NCBI GenBank assembly: GCA_041650755.1
Contig: JBAZKN010000001.1
Coordinates: forward strand, 136,080-200,079
DNA length: 64,000 nt
Source: Patescibacteria group bacterium
GTDB lineage: Bacteria; Patescibacteriota; Patescibacteriia; UBA1558; GWA2-36-10
Direction of reading: 5' to 3'
Below the pieces are notes generated by a model that was not told where the DNA came from, made no database searches, and saw nothing but the letters and a program-made list of their open reading frames with translations. Shown piece by piece: positions 49,236-58,124 of the stretch (positions are counted from its first letter, which is position 1; every line of letters starts with the position of its first letter). The position numbers and the translations under genes are program-made.

Positions 49236-50264
49236 TTATTTTTCGTAAGTATTACTTAAAAAAGTCCGCAGACTATCAAGCTCTTCGTTGAGACCATTTC
49301 TTACTCTAATATAAAATTGCTCTTCAGTAGTTGAGTGCTCTTGATTTGGTATATTGTTTAATACTCGCAATCTCCACAAGATTGAATTAACAAGCACTAG
49401 TGTTTCATAAACACTAAGTCGATCTTTAAAATATTTATCTTTTTTAGGAAGTCTTTTTTCATATTCGACAAGAAATTCTTCTCTCTGTTCATCATTAAAA
49501 TTAAGTTTTAGAAATAACTTAGCAATATCCATGGCACTATCCCCGGCAGAGGCCTGCGCCCAATCAATAAAAATAATTTTACCAGAATTCTTTGACCGTA
49601 AGATGTTATTACGATTCAAATCAAAATGAATGAGCGTAAAATTATTATTTTGGAAAGTATCCGCTTTTTCTTCAGCTTCGTTTTTTGCTTGATCAATGGC
49701 TTGCTCAATAAGTGGTGTTATCTCTGGAAAATTTGGTAAAGAAGATAAAGATTCGCGCAATTTATCAATTCCATCATTAAGGCAATCCTTTTGCGTGCCT
49801 TTTTTCCTTTGCGTTAATGGCTTACCATAGGCGTGTAATTCTATTGAATGAATCTTGGCAATAGTTTCTGCTAATTGAGCAATGGTAATTTTATCAAAAA
49901 TATCTATGGGGCTTCCTTCAATTTCTTCCTCAAAAATAATATTAGTCGATTTTAAATATCCCATCAAACGAGGTGTTTCTTCAAAGCCGCGCACACGCAA
50001 TAAACGCAAGGCCACATTTTCATGTTTTGCACGGTCAACGTCCTGTTTTGGATTTTTCCAAACTTTGGCAATTACTCGCTGCTCACTATTTGGCAATTCA
50101 AAAATCAAGGCGGAGCTGCCTTCGGCAAAAGGATGACCACTAAGTAACTTACTTAGGTCTTCCGACGTTAAACCAAGATCATTAATGGTCTTTATTTCAC
50201 TCTCAGTTAGACCTAAATTTTTAACCGAATCTTTTGTTTCTGGTGGTTTATAATACTCGTTCAT
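49236..50264 (-). CDS. APH/choline-kinase-like phosphotransferase (protein-kinase fold)
   Basis: Brenner motif HFDLNRNN and IDW (DFG-equivalent). Confidence 0.6.
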   Translation of the reverse strand: MNEYYKPPETKDSVKNLGLTESEIKTINDLGLTSEDLSKLLSGHPFAEGSSALIFELPNSEQRVIAKVWKNPKQDVDRAKHENVALRLLRVRGFEETPRLMGYLKSTNIIFEEEIEGSPIDIFDKITIAQLAETIAKIHSIELHAYGKPLTQRKKGTQKDCLNDGIDKLRESLSSLPNFPEITPLIEQAIDQAKNEAEEKADTFQNNNFTLIHFDLNRNNILRSKNSGKIIFIDWAQASAGDSAMDIAKLFLKLNFNDEQREEFLVEYEKRLPKKDKYFKDRLSVYETLVLVNSILWRLRVLNNIPNQEHSTTEEQFYIRVRNGLNEELDSLRTFLSNTYEK

Positions 50265-50316
50265 ATCAATGTTTAAAGAACATTTTTTTAGTTTCTGGGT
50301 TCATTTATTATTATAG

Positions 50317-51129
50317 CTATTTTATATCCCTGGTAAAAACACCAGCGCCATACAATTGTTCAACAAGTTCAGTGCGATCAGGATTTAAAACCAACATTTG
50401 TTCGTAAATTTCTTGACCACTCAAGGCTCGCTTCACGCCATGCTTATCATTAATACGGTGCAAAGCATCATAAACATCAGCTAAGGCCAAAACCCTACCA
50501 TACTCTTTTATCAATCCCACTGTGTCCTCTCCGTATTTATGAAGATAATCCGGCAGTTCTGTTGGATATGGTTTAGCTTGAGAAAGATGATGCCGCAACA
50601 CCACTTCAGCAGTAAAGTCAAATTCATCACGTAGTAATTCATAACTTTTTTTCACATGACCCTGAACAAGAGCCGTATCTTGATCAGTCCAACCTTCAGT
50701 TTTTGCCAAAGTAGAAATGGGCACTGCCGCTTTACCAATATCATGCAACAAACCAGCATAAAGCAGAGCCTTTTCATCAATGCCCATGAATTTTGCAATT
50801 TGTCGCGCTATCAAGCCCACCCTAAGAGAATGTTCATACGAACCTTGGTGTTTGACTTTAATAAGATCTAAATAGATTTGGACGGCTTGCCGTTTATCTG
50901 GTCCGATTTGTAGTTCATCCATATCTGCCAAAACACGGTCTTCTAAACTCATACTTGGATCAAAATAAGCCACAAATTCCGGGGTCACCGGTTTATCCTT
51001 AGTCCCAATATCATGAGCCCTTATCATAAGTTCTCTTTGTCCGGCAAAACTTTGCTGATCAAGAGCATCTATGATTGGCTCAACTTGTTTTACTGGCACT
51101 CCAGTATTATGATCAAATGATTCTGTCAT
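50317..51129 (-). CDS. HD-domain phosphohydrolase, HD-GYP-like with degenerate GYP
   Basis: HSLRV...LLHDIGK...RHHL(x5)YP. Confidence 0.6.
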   Translation of the reverse strand: MTESFDHNTGVPVKQVEPIIDALDQQSFAGQRELMIRAHDIGTKDKPVTPEFVAYFDPSMSLEDRVLADMDELQIGPDKRQAVQIYLDLIKVKHQGSYEHSLRVGLIARQIAKFMGIDEKALLYAGLLHDIGKAAVPISTLAKTEGWTDQDTALVQGHVKKSYELLRDEFDFTAEVVLRHHLSQAKPYPTELPDYLHKYGEDTVGLIKEYGRVLALADVYDALHRINDKHGVKRALSGQEIYEQMLVLNPDRTELVEQLYGAGVFTRDIK

Positions 51130-51132
51130 ATT

Positions 51133-51300
51133 TTAACAAATAATTTTCTTAATCACCTTAATATAATTTTCCGTCGCTTGAGGAGGAAATAAATTATGCA
51201 AATTTTCACCCAAAGCTGTCCGCCAAGTATCGTTGACCATCAATTTATAAATATATCGATCCATAATCTGGTGATTGCCCTGACGGACATAGGCGGCCGC
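51133..51300 (-). pseudogene. detached duplicate of murG 3' end (last ~56 codons) with altered tail
   Basis: 146 bp identical to 54589-54734 inside murG; frame continues to stop at 51133. Confidence 0.7.
51155..51300. repeat. 146-bp perfect direct repeat, copy A
   Basis: Exact match to 54589-54734. Confidence 0.85.
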
Positions 51301-51447
51301 TTGCGAATGAACAAAAAAATTAAAAAAATCACGGCCAGCACCAGAATAGAAATTAAAATATAAATTTGCCCTGTATTCATAATGTTTTATTATATTACAA
51401 ACTTTTATTTATAATAACACAATTTTAATATTTTGCTAATTATAATA

Positions 51448-52113
51448 CTACGGATATTTTAAAGATGACACACTGCTAATTATCTGATCAACCAAGGCAT
51501 CAATATCAAAATCTTGCCTTTCGTCAACGCAGGCGGTCTGCTCCGGCTCGAAATAATTTTGACATTGCGGATAGCGTAAGGTAAAAGTGATATTTAAAAG
51601 CTTGCTCTTCCAAGGAGTCGTATATCTATAGCTAGTATACACCGAGCCCACTGCACCCTCGCTAGACATGGCAATACAATAAGTGCGATTATTAATCTTG
51701 CGCTCTATTGTCCTGGCAGCTAAACTGCTGGTCTGGTCAGTAGGCTGACAAGTATACGGCTGATTAATAACGCTGACTATTGGCGGCCAATCTTCAGTAA
51801 AAATATATTTTTTACCCAAATCCTTTGGGTATCTAAAACTAATATTTTTCTCTCGATCAGTATCAGTGTAGCTTAGCCAATTCGTAGGCGTGGTATCCCC
51901 AGGACAAGGCGCAAATTCACAGGCGGGTGGAACGCGACCCACAAATGATCCATCTGGGCACTCCTTGACTTCTGCAGTACAGTACACTTCTTGATTTTTA
52001 GAATTATTTTTGTCGCTTTGATTTATCGGCGGTTTTTTATTTCGCAAAAAATAAAACGCAGCGCTGGCTATCAGGGCCAAAATTATTATAATAATAAATA
52101 TATTGTTTTTCAT
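51448..52113 (-). CDS. secreted/membrane-anchored Cys-rich hypothetical protein
   Basis: N-terminal TM/signal, several CxxC-like pairs. Confidence 0.45.
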   Translation of the reverse strand: MKNNIFIIIIILALIASAAFYFLRNKKPPINQSDKNNSKNQEVYCTAEVKECPDGSFVGRVPPACEFAPCPGDTTPTNWLSYTDTDREKNISFRYPKDLGKKYIFTEDWPPIVSVINQPYTCQPTDQTSSLAARTIERKINNRTYCIAMSSEGAVGSVYTSYRYTTPWKSKLLNITFTLRYPQCQNYFEPEQTACVDERQDFDIDALVDQIISSVSSLKYP

Positions 52114-52130
52114 GTTTTACTTTTAAAATT

Positions 52131-52496
52131 TTATTTATTTCTAATATTTGTCTTGGGAAAATCCAGCAAGCAATCACAGGGCTTTTTCTTGAGAATCTGT
52201 TTTTGTTCGGCAATGGTGTTTAAAAAAACTTTTTGTCCACCCGAGCCAGTGGCTAAGCGCTTGTCCAGTGGGGAGAGATGTTGATATCCTCGTCTCTTAA
52301 ATTCTGTTACCAAGGCTTTGTGTCTCTGATAAAGCGCCTTATTTTTACCAACCCAGCGCAAGGTTTCGGGATGACGCGAATATCCGCCCCTGCCTTTGTG
52401 CTTTGTCAAAATATTCCACAAACCATGCAGCTCGCGGTGTTCAGCCAGCAGATGCTTGCGGCATAACTGTTTTGGGTGAATGTCCCAAACGCGCAT
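52131..52496 (-). CDS. pyrimidine dimer DNA glycosylase (T4 endonuclease V / Pdg family)
   Basis: HLLAEHRELHGLW resembles T4 endoV HLMAEYRELPRVFG active-site region. Confidence 0.55.
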   Translation of the reverse strand: MRVWDIHPKQLCRKHLLAEHRELHGLWNILTKHKGRGGYSRHPETLRWVGKNKALYQRHKALVTEFKRRGYQHLSPLDKRLATGSGGQKVFLNTIAEQKQILKKKPCDCLLDFPKTNIRNK

Positions 52497-52499
52497 GAG

Positions 52500-52874
52500 T
52501 TATTTTATAATTTCTATTTTAAAATATTTTTCTTGAAAATCAATTAATTTTTTGATTTCTTCCACGCTAAAATCCATGCCGTCTGGCGCAAGTACTAGCT
52601 TATCCTCGTTATCATCAAGTCGATGAATTATGGCAATGCATTTACCCGTAAAAGTCGGCAAGGCACGATCAACACCTAAAACATAAACATCAACCGGCTC
52701 GCCATTGCCTGCCTTGGTATCGGGTAAATACCCATAGTTTATGGGATAAACAGTTTCAGGATAATCGGGATGTATGAAGCCAAACGGCCTATCTATAACT
52801 ACTGTTATTTTTTTACCCAAGTATTGGCTATAATCCATTTTAAATTTTAATGATTTTACGCGTGTCTTCAGCAT
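52500..52874 (-). CDS. truncated family I inorganic pyrophosphatase-like protein
   Basis: YPINYGYLPDT...GEPVDVYVLG matches PPase YP.NYG.IP.T..DGDP.DVLV core. Confidence 0.5.
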   Translation of the reverse strand: MLKTRVKSLKFKMDYSQYLGKKITVVIDRPFGFIHPDYPETVYPINYGYLPDTKAGNGEPVDVYVLGVDRALPTFTGKCIAIIHRLDDNEDKLVLAPDGMDFSVEEIKKLIDFQEKYFKIEIIK

Positions 52875-53421
52875 TAGTAAATAAATAAGCTTTTATACCC
52901 AGCTCTTTAGCCGCCTCAACATTCTCCTGCGAATTATCAAAATAAAAACAATCTTCTGGCCGCAAATTATTTTCTGTCAAAATATTCTCATAGGCCTGCT
53001 TGTCTGGTTTGACAAAACCAGTGTTCCAAGAATAATAAACCTTAATAAAAAGCTCATCTAAAAATGGGAGGGTCTTTTTATAATACTCGGCTCGTTCGAC
53101 AAAATTATTGGACAAAACAAATAATCTATAGCCTGCTGCTTTTAATTCTCTGGCTAAGGCCACCATTTCTGTGTTTTCTTTTTCTGCGGAAAACCAAAAA
53201 TCAAAAAATTGTTGTTCGCTCATTTCTAGACCCAATTTTTTTAAATACGGCTGCCAGTACTGAAAACTAATGGCTGTTTTAGAAATACGGGCTTTGGCTA
53301 GGACATCTTTTAGGGCTGGTAAAAATTCTTCGGGGCCGATACCAAGTTCATTGGCAAATCTTTCACTAAGCAGTTGACCCTGAATTAAAATACCATTGAG
53401 ATCAAAAATAATTGTAGTCAT
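52840..53421 (-). CDS. HAD-superfamily hydrolase
   Basis: N-terminal IIFDLNGIL motif I and C-terminal acidic motif. Confidence 0.6.
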   Translation of the reverse strand: MTTIIFDLNGILIQGQLLSERFANELGIGPEEFLPALKDVLAKARISKTAISFQYWQPYLKKLGLEMSEQQFFDFWFSAEKENTEMVALARELKAAGYRLFVLSNNFVERAEYYKKTLPFLDELFIKVYYSWNTGFVKPDKQAYENILTENNLRPEDCFYFDNSQENVEAAKELGIKAYLFTNAEDTRKIIKI

Positions 53422-53425
53422 GTGA

Positions 53426-53887
53426 TTATTTTTTAGGCTTGTCTTTTTCGACTAACTCCAATAGATATTTCAAGATTTCGTAATCCCTAAAATCTTCGTA
53501 CGTAGACCAGTCTATGAAATTATAAGCAGCGAAGCATACGACTAAACAAAAAAAGAAAATTAATAGATCTAATGGCCAACTAATACCCAAAATGTATTTT
53601 GTTATGATTGAAGCCGCAATACCTCCAAATATACCGAGGATTAAACCCAAAAAAAGAGAACCAGCGTTTATTCTATTTTGTTTAATGTCGCTAAAAACAT
53701 TCTGTATCCCCCTACTCTTGATTTCCATTAAATCATGATACTTGTCAATAACACTTCTGCGCTGTTCTAGAGAAAGTTTGCGCCACAAATTATTGTTAGA
53801 CATCTTCAAGGCTTTAGCTAATTGCTTTTGATATTGATATTGTTGATTTTTAGAATGCATAATAATTATTTTACACCCAAAAGTCAA
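53426..53887 (-). CDS. small membrane protein, hypothetical
   Basis: Two predicted TM helices. Confidence 0.4.
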   Translation of the reverse strand: MTFGCKIIIMHSKNQQYQYQKQLAKALKMSNNNLWRKLSLEQRRSVIDKYHDLMEIKSRGIQNVFSDIKQNRINAGSLFLGLILGIFGGIAASIITKYILGISWPLDLLIFFFCLVVCFAAYNFIDWSTYEDFRDYEILKYLLELVEKDKPKK

Positions 53888-53928
53888 AAAACTTTTGAAC
53901 TTTAAACTTGCTAACCTTTTAACTGGTT

Positions 53929-54537
53929 CTATCTATTCTTTGGTGTCCAGACATTTTCCCACCACTCTGAAACTTTACCGGACAGTATAGCTTTGCCCAA
54001 TTTTTTGGCTGACTCGGTTTTTAAATTCTGATACTGCACATTCTCCTTATTATCAGCCCCCTTGCCTGTGAGCCAAATTTCTGCCTCTTTATTGCCTTGA
54101 TGCGCATATTCTTTGAGTAAAAGCATCTGATCAATCAGGTCAGCATCTTTGGCTATGATAGCTACTTGGCTCTGACGAGCTTCATACTCTTCATTCAATT
54201 CATAAAGGTCGGTAAAAGGCAAAGAGCCTAGCTGATCTTTAGCAATTTCTTCTTCAAAAATCTTGACGTATTTTTTGTGCACATAATTATGATCACCGCT
54301 TCTCACTTCTTTGATATCATGAAGCAGACCCATCGTAACTGCTTTATAAGGATCAGAGTTTTCCATCTTGGCCAAAAACCAAGCAATCACTGCCACCCGA
54401 TAAGAGTGTGAAGCAATATTATCAGACAAGTCTTGTGATAAAAGCATCTGCTGGTGAATGCGCGGCAATTTTTTCATTGTGCCAATTTCAAAAAGAAAAT
54501 CGATAATTGTCTTGAGATCTTTTTCTGATGCACTCAT
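53929..54537 (-). CDS. HD-domain 5'-deoxynucleotidase-like (YfbR family)
   Basis: HSYRVAVIAW...LLHDIKEVRSGD. Confidence 0.6.
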   Translation of the reverse strand: MSASEKDLKTIIDFLFEIGTMKKLPRIHQQMLLSQDLSDNIASHSYRVAVIAWFLAKMENSDPYKAVTMGLLHDIKEVRSGDHNYVHKKYVKIFEEEIAKDQLGSLPFTDLYELNEEYEARQSQVAIIAKDADLIDQMLLLKEYAHQGNKEAEIWLTGKGADNKENVQYQNLKTESAKKLGKAILSGKVSEWWENVWTPKNR

Positions 54538-54563
54538 AATTTTACAATAATAATTAAAAATAA

Positions 54564-55583
54564 TTATTTATTAAGTACTGACCTTATTACCTTAATATAA
54601 TTTTCCGTCGCTTGAGGAGGAAATAAATTATGCAAATTTTCACCCAAAGCTGTCCGCCAAGTATCGTTGACCATCAATTTATAAATATATCGATCCATAA
54701 TCTGGTGATTGCCCTGACGGACATAGGCGGCCGCATTGTGTTTGGCAAAAAATTCGGCATTTTTTTCTTGATGGCTGCCGGGGATTGGCACCAATACTAG
54801 AGCCTTGCACAAAGCCGCCGCTTCAGTAATCAAAGACATACCAGCCCGAGAAATAATAATGTCAGCCCTGGCCAAAAGATCCAGCATGCTGCCAGCAACA
54901 AAACGATGCGCTATATAGCCAGGCAGATCCAATCTTTGCTCCCAGTTGTCATTGCCCAAAATATGATGCACTTCATATTTTTCTAAGATTTTTGGGATAA
55001 AGCTGGCTACAAAATCATTTAAACCCCGCGCGCCCAATCCTCCGCCAGTAATAACTACGAGAGGCTTCTCATTGCTAGCAGATTGGCAACGGCGCACTGG
55101 ATTGCCGGTCAAGACTGCTTTTTTTATAGGAAAATATTTTAGCTGCTCGGCAAAAGTCACGGTAACCTTGGTAGCCAAAGTAGCCATAATCTTATTGGCT
55201 AAACCCAATTTGATATCTTGCTGATGAACTACCACTGGCACGCCGCTCAATTTGGCAGCCAGCGCTACCGGAACAGCCACAAAGCTGCCGGCAGTAAGAA
55301 CAATATCAGGCTTAAATTGACGGATTATTTTCAGACTCTGCCAGATGCCAACTTTGGTTTTATATATATCACGAAAATTCTGCCAGCTAAAATAACGCCG
55401 CCACTTGCCAGCGGCAATAGCTCGAAAGGCAATGTTCTGCCGCAAAACTACTTCTTTTTCCGGGCCAGTTTGGCTACCGACAAATAAATACCGGGTCGGC
55501 AATTGTTCGGCAATACTAAGTAATGGACTCACTGAACCTAGTGTCCCGCCGCCAGCTAATATGATGCGCAAATCATCGGTCAT
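54564..55583 (-). CDS. murG: UDP-N-acetylglucosamine--N-acetylmuramyl-(pentapeptide) pyrophosphoryl-undecaprenol N-acetylglucosamine transferase
   Basis: ILAGGGTLGS N-term, GT28 C-terminal domain; dcw context. Confidence 0.85.
   Translation of the reverse strand: MTDDLRIILAGGGTLGSVSPLLSIAEQLPTRYLFVGSQTGPEKEVVLRQNIAFRAIAAGKWRRYFSWQNFRDIYKTKVGIWQSLKIIRQFKPDIVLTAGSFVAVPVALAAKLSGVPVVVHQQDIKLGLANKIMATLATKVTVTFAEQLKYFPIKKAVLTGNPVRRCQSASNEKPLVVITGGGLGARGLNDFVASFIPKILEKYEVHHILGNDNWEQRLDLPGYIAHRFVAGSMLDLLARADIIISRAGMSLITEAAALCKALVLVPIPGSHQEKNAEFFAKHNAAAYVRQGNHQIMDRYIYKLMVNDTWRTALGENLHNLFPPQATENYIKVIRSVLNK
54589..54734. repeat. 146-bp perfect direct repeat, copy B (within murG 3' end)
   Basis: Exact match to 51155-51300. 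Confidence 0.85.
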
Positions 55584-55585
55584 AT

Positions 55586-56740
55586 TTATCTATTGGTAAA
55601 TTTAGATATATTAGCTAGAATCCCCAAACTTAGCAAGGTGACCGTCAGATTTGAGCCACCCAAAGAAATCAAGGGCAAAGGCACGCCGGTCAAAGGCAAA
55701 AGCTGCATCATGCCAGCAATATTTATAAAGACCTGGGCCAGCAGCCAAATGACAATTCCTAGAGCCGTCAATTTAGAAAAATTGTCGGGCGCTTGCTTGA
55801 CCAGCAAAAAACCTCGCCACAGTAAAATCATAAATAGAACTATCAAACCAGTCGTGAAAATAAAACCAACCTCTTCGGCTATAATAGCAAAAATAGAGTC
55901 ATTGGCCGGCATGGGCACATAAGACTTTTGTTTGGACATGCCTAAACCCACTCCAAAAAGCCCGCCTGAGCCAATGGCAATCAAAGACTGCTTGATCTGC
56001 CAGCCAATGCCTCGAGGATCAAAATCTGGATTCAACCAGGCAACAAAGCGGTTCATCCGGTAAGGCGCCATTTTGATCATGGCCGCAAAAGCTATAGCGC
56101 CAGCAGCTACCATAGTCAACAAATGCCGCCAATTTGCGCCAGCCACAAAATACATGCTCAAAGCCACTGCCAAAATAATGCTCAAGGTACCAAAGTCAGG
56201 CTGCTTGATTATTAAGACGCTAATAATGCCGACAATAATTAAAAATGTCCAAGCTATCTTTCTGGTAGCCACTTCGGTCTGTTTATTGTCCAGCCAGCCG
56301 GCTAAAAACAAAATAAATAATAATTTCACCAATTCGCTAGGCTGAAAGGAAATATTGCCAAACACAATCCAAGATTGAGCAGTGCCATATTGGTTGCCAA
56401 AATTAGAGCCGATTACCAAGATCAATAAAATCAAGGACAGGATTAAAAATAATCTGTAAAAACGCTTATAAACCTGATAGTCTATGCGCAAAGCCAAATA
56501 AAATAAAACCAGTCCGGGCAGCAGTCCATGCAAAATCTGCTGTTTCACAAAACGATAGGTGTCATGGTATTGATAAAAAGCCAGAGTAGATGAAGCTGAT
56601 GATAAAAACAAGAGACCCAAAAAAAGCAAAATGCCGATGATAGCTAGCATCAACAAATCTGGCTGATGGCCCAGGCCTCGCTGCGACAAAAATGGCCGCA
56701 AAAACCAATTGGCTAAATTGTGTCTACTTCTTCTGACCAT
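55586..56740 (-). CDS. ftsW: SEDS family peptidoglycan polymerase FtsW/RodA
   Basis: 10-TM SEDS pattern between murD and murG. Confidence 0.8.
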   Translation of the reverse strand: MVRRSRHNLANWFLRPFLSQRGLGHQPDLLMLAIIGILLFLGLLFLSSASSTLAFYQYHDTYRFVKQQILHGLLPGLVLFYLALRIDYQVYKRFYRLFLILSLILLILVIGSNFGNQYGTAQSWIVFGNISFQPSELVKLLFILFLAGWLDNKQTEVATRKIAWTFLIIVGIISVLIIKQPDFGTLSIILAVALSMYFVAGANWRHLLTMVAAGAIAFAAMIKMAPYRMNRFVAWLNPDFDPRGIGWQIKQSLIAIGSGGLFGVGLGMSKQKSYVPMPANDSIFAIIAEEVGFIFTTGLIVLFMILLWRGFLLVKQAPDNFSKLTALGIVIWLLAQVFINIAGMMQLLPLTGVPLPLISLGGSNLTVTLLSLGILANISKFTNR

Positions 56741-58124
56741 GAATTATTCGACTAAAAGTTTTAGCTCGATCAAATTCGTGAATAAACATATTGAAGCTGG
56801 CAGCTGCCGGAGAAAACAAAATACAATTTATACCAGACTGCCGACGAGCTATCTGCCAGGCCTTATCCAGAGATTTGACATCAGCTACAATCTGCTTGAA
56901 TGGATATTTTACTTTTTTCAATTCGCCTAATAATTTTTGGCTGCCGCTGCCTGACAATAAAACCACAAAACTCACCTGTTTTTTGATCTGCCGAGCCAAA
57001 TTTTTATAATCAAGCTCTTTATCCACTCCGCCGGCCAGCAACAAAATTTTCTGTCCGGCCAAAGCTTGGATGGCGGCTATAGCCGCATCCGGAGTAGTCG
57101 AGGTAGCGTCATTGTAGATATTCACGCCTCTCTGTCTGCCTTCATACTGCAGGCGAAAAGGAATGCCGCGAAACTTACCTAAAACTTTAGCGATATTAGC
57201 TGTCGGCACTTTTAGCAATTTAGCCACAGTCACCGCCGCCAAAACATTGGCTATGTTGTGCTGGCCTTTGACTTTCAGCTGGTCAATACCCAAAATATTT
57301 TCAGTATGGCGGCCGTCATTAAAGTAAATCTGCTGATTTTTTAAATACGCTCCCTTGACTTTATTCTGCAGAGAAAACCAATAAACACAAGCTTTGGTTT
57401 TTTTGGCAAAGTTGCGCGTGTGGATATTGTCATAATTTAAAACCACCAGATCAGTCGGCTTTTGCCATTTGGTAATGGCAAATTTAGCCTGCCGATAAGC
57501 GGCCAGATTTTTGTAGCGGTTCAAGTGGTCAACCAAAACATTGGTAACAACCGCTATCTTCGGCGAGACATGGTATTCGTCTAAATTTTCCAGATGCCAG
57601 CTGGATAACTCCAGGACCGGCCAAGTTTTGGCAGATAATCTATCCAAAACAGACAACATGGGCGTGGTGGCAATATTGCCGGCTAAAACATTATTTTTTA
57701 TCTGGCTGCTTAAAAGCTGATGGATTAAGGTAGCGGTGGTGGATTTGCCTCTGGTGCCAGTCACACCCACTACTGGTCCCTTAAACAAGCCAAAAAACAA
57801 AACTGCCTCATTGACAATCGGGGTCTGGTGCTGGCGAGCAATCTGCAAAAATGGTGAATCAGCCGGCACACCCGGATTCTGAACCACCAAATCCTGATCC
57901 AAAAAATCATCTGCCTGATGGCCGGCTAAAGAAAACTTTATCAGTGAAAACCCGGAAACTTTTTTTAATTTGTCTAGGCTGGGTTTTAACTGTGCGCCAG
58001 TTTTGATATCGGTAATAGTCAACCTGGCTCCTCTTTTCAAAAACCATTTAGTTACGGCTACTCCTCCGCCGTGCAGACCCAAGCCCATAATTAATATTTT
58101 TTTGCCCCGAAACTTATTTACCAT
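56724..58124 (-). CDS. murD: UDP-N-acetylmuramoylalanine--D-glutamate ligase
   Basis: GVTGTRGKSTT Mur ligase P-loop; dcw order. Confidence 0.85.
   Translation of the reverse strand: MVNKFRGKKILIMGLGLHGGGVAVTKWFLKRGARLTITDIKTGAQLKPSLDKLKKVSGFSLIKFSLAGHQADDFLDQDLVVQNPGVPADSPFLQIARQHQTPIVNEAVLFFGLFKGPVVGVTGTRGKSTTATLIHQLLSSQIKNNVLAGNIATTPMLSVLDRLSAKTWPVLELSSWHLENLDEYHVSPKIAVVTNVLVDHLNRYKNLAAYRQAKFAITKWQKPTDLVVLNYDNIHTRNFAKKTKACVYWFSLQNKVKGAYLKNQQIYFNDGRHTENILGIDQLKVKGQHNIANVLAAVTVAKLLKVPTANIAKVLGKFRGIPFRLQYEGRQRGVNIYNDATSTTPDAAIAAIQALAGQKILLLAGGVDKELDYKNLARQIKKQVSFVVLLSGSGSQKLLGELKKVKYPFKQIVADVKSLDKAWQIARRQSGINCILFSPAAASFNMFIHEFDRAKTFSRIIHGQKK

Noticed and set aside
51243-51380. 46-aa TM-like mini-ORF (MNTGQIYILISILVLAVIFLIFLFIRKRPP...) reading into repeat copy A
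   Set aside because: It is created by the duplication junction, is below the size cutoff and has no RBS. Noted as a possible junction artefact, not a gene.
51155-54734. Integrase-mediated integrative element bounded by att repeats
   Set aside because: No integrase or recombinase is encoded between the repeats (xerC is 26 kb away), and 146 bp of perfect identity is longer than typical att cores. A recent duplication, homologous recombination or assembly artefact is equally plausible, so the region is reported as a repeat-bracketed segment only.
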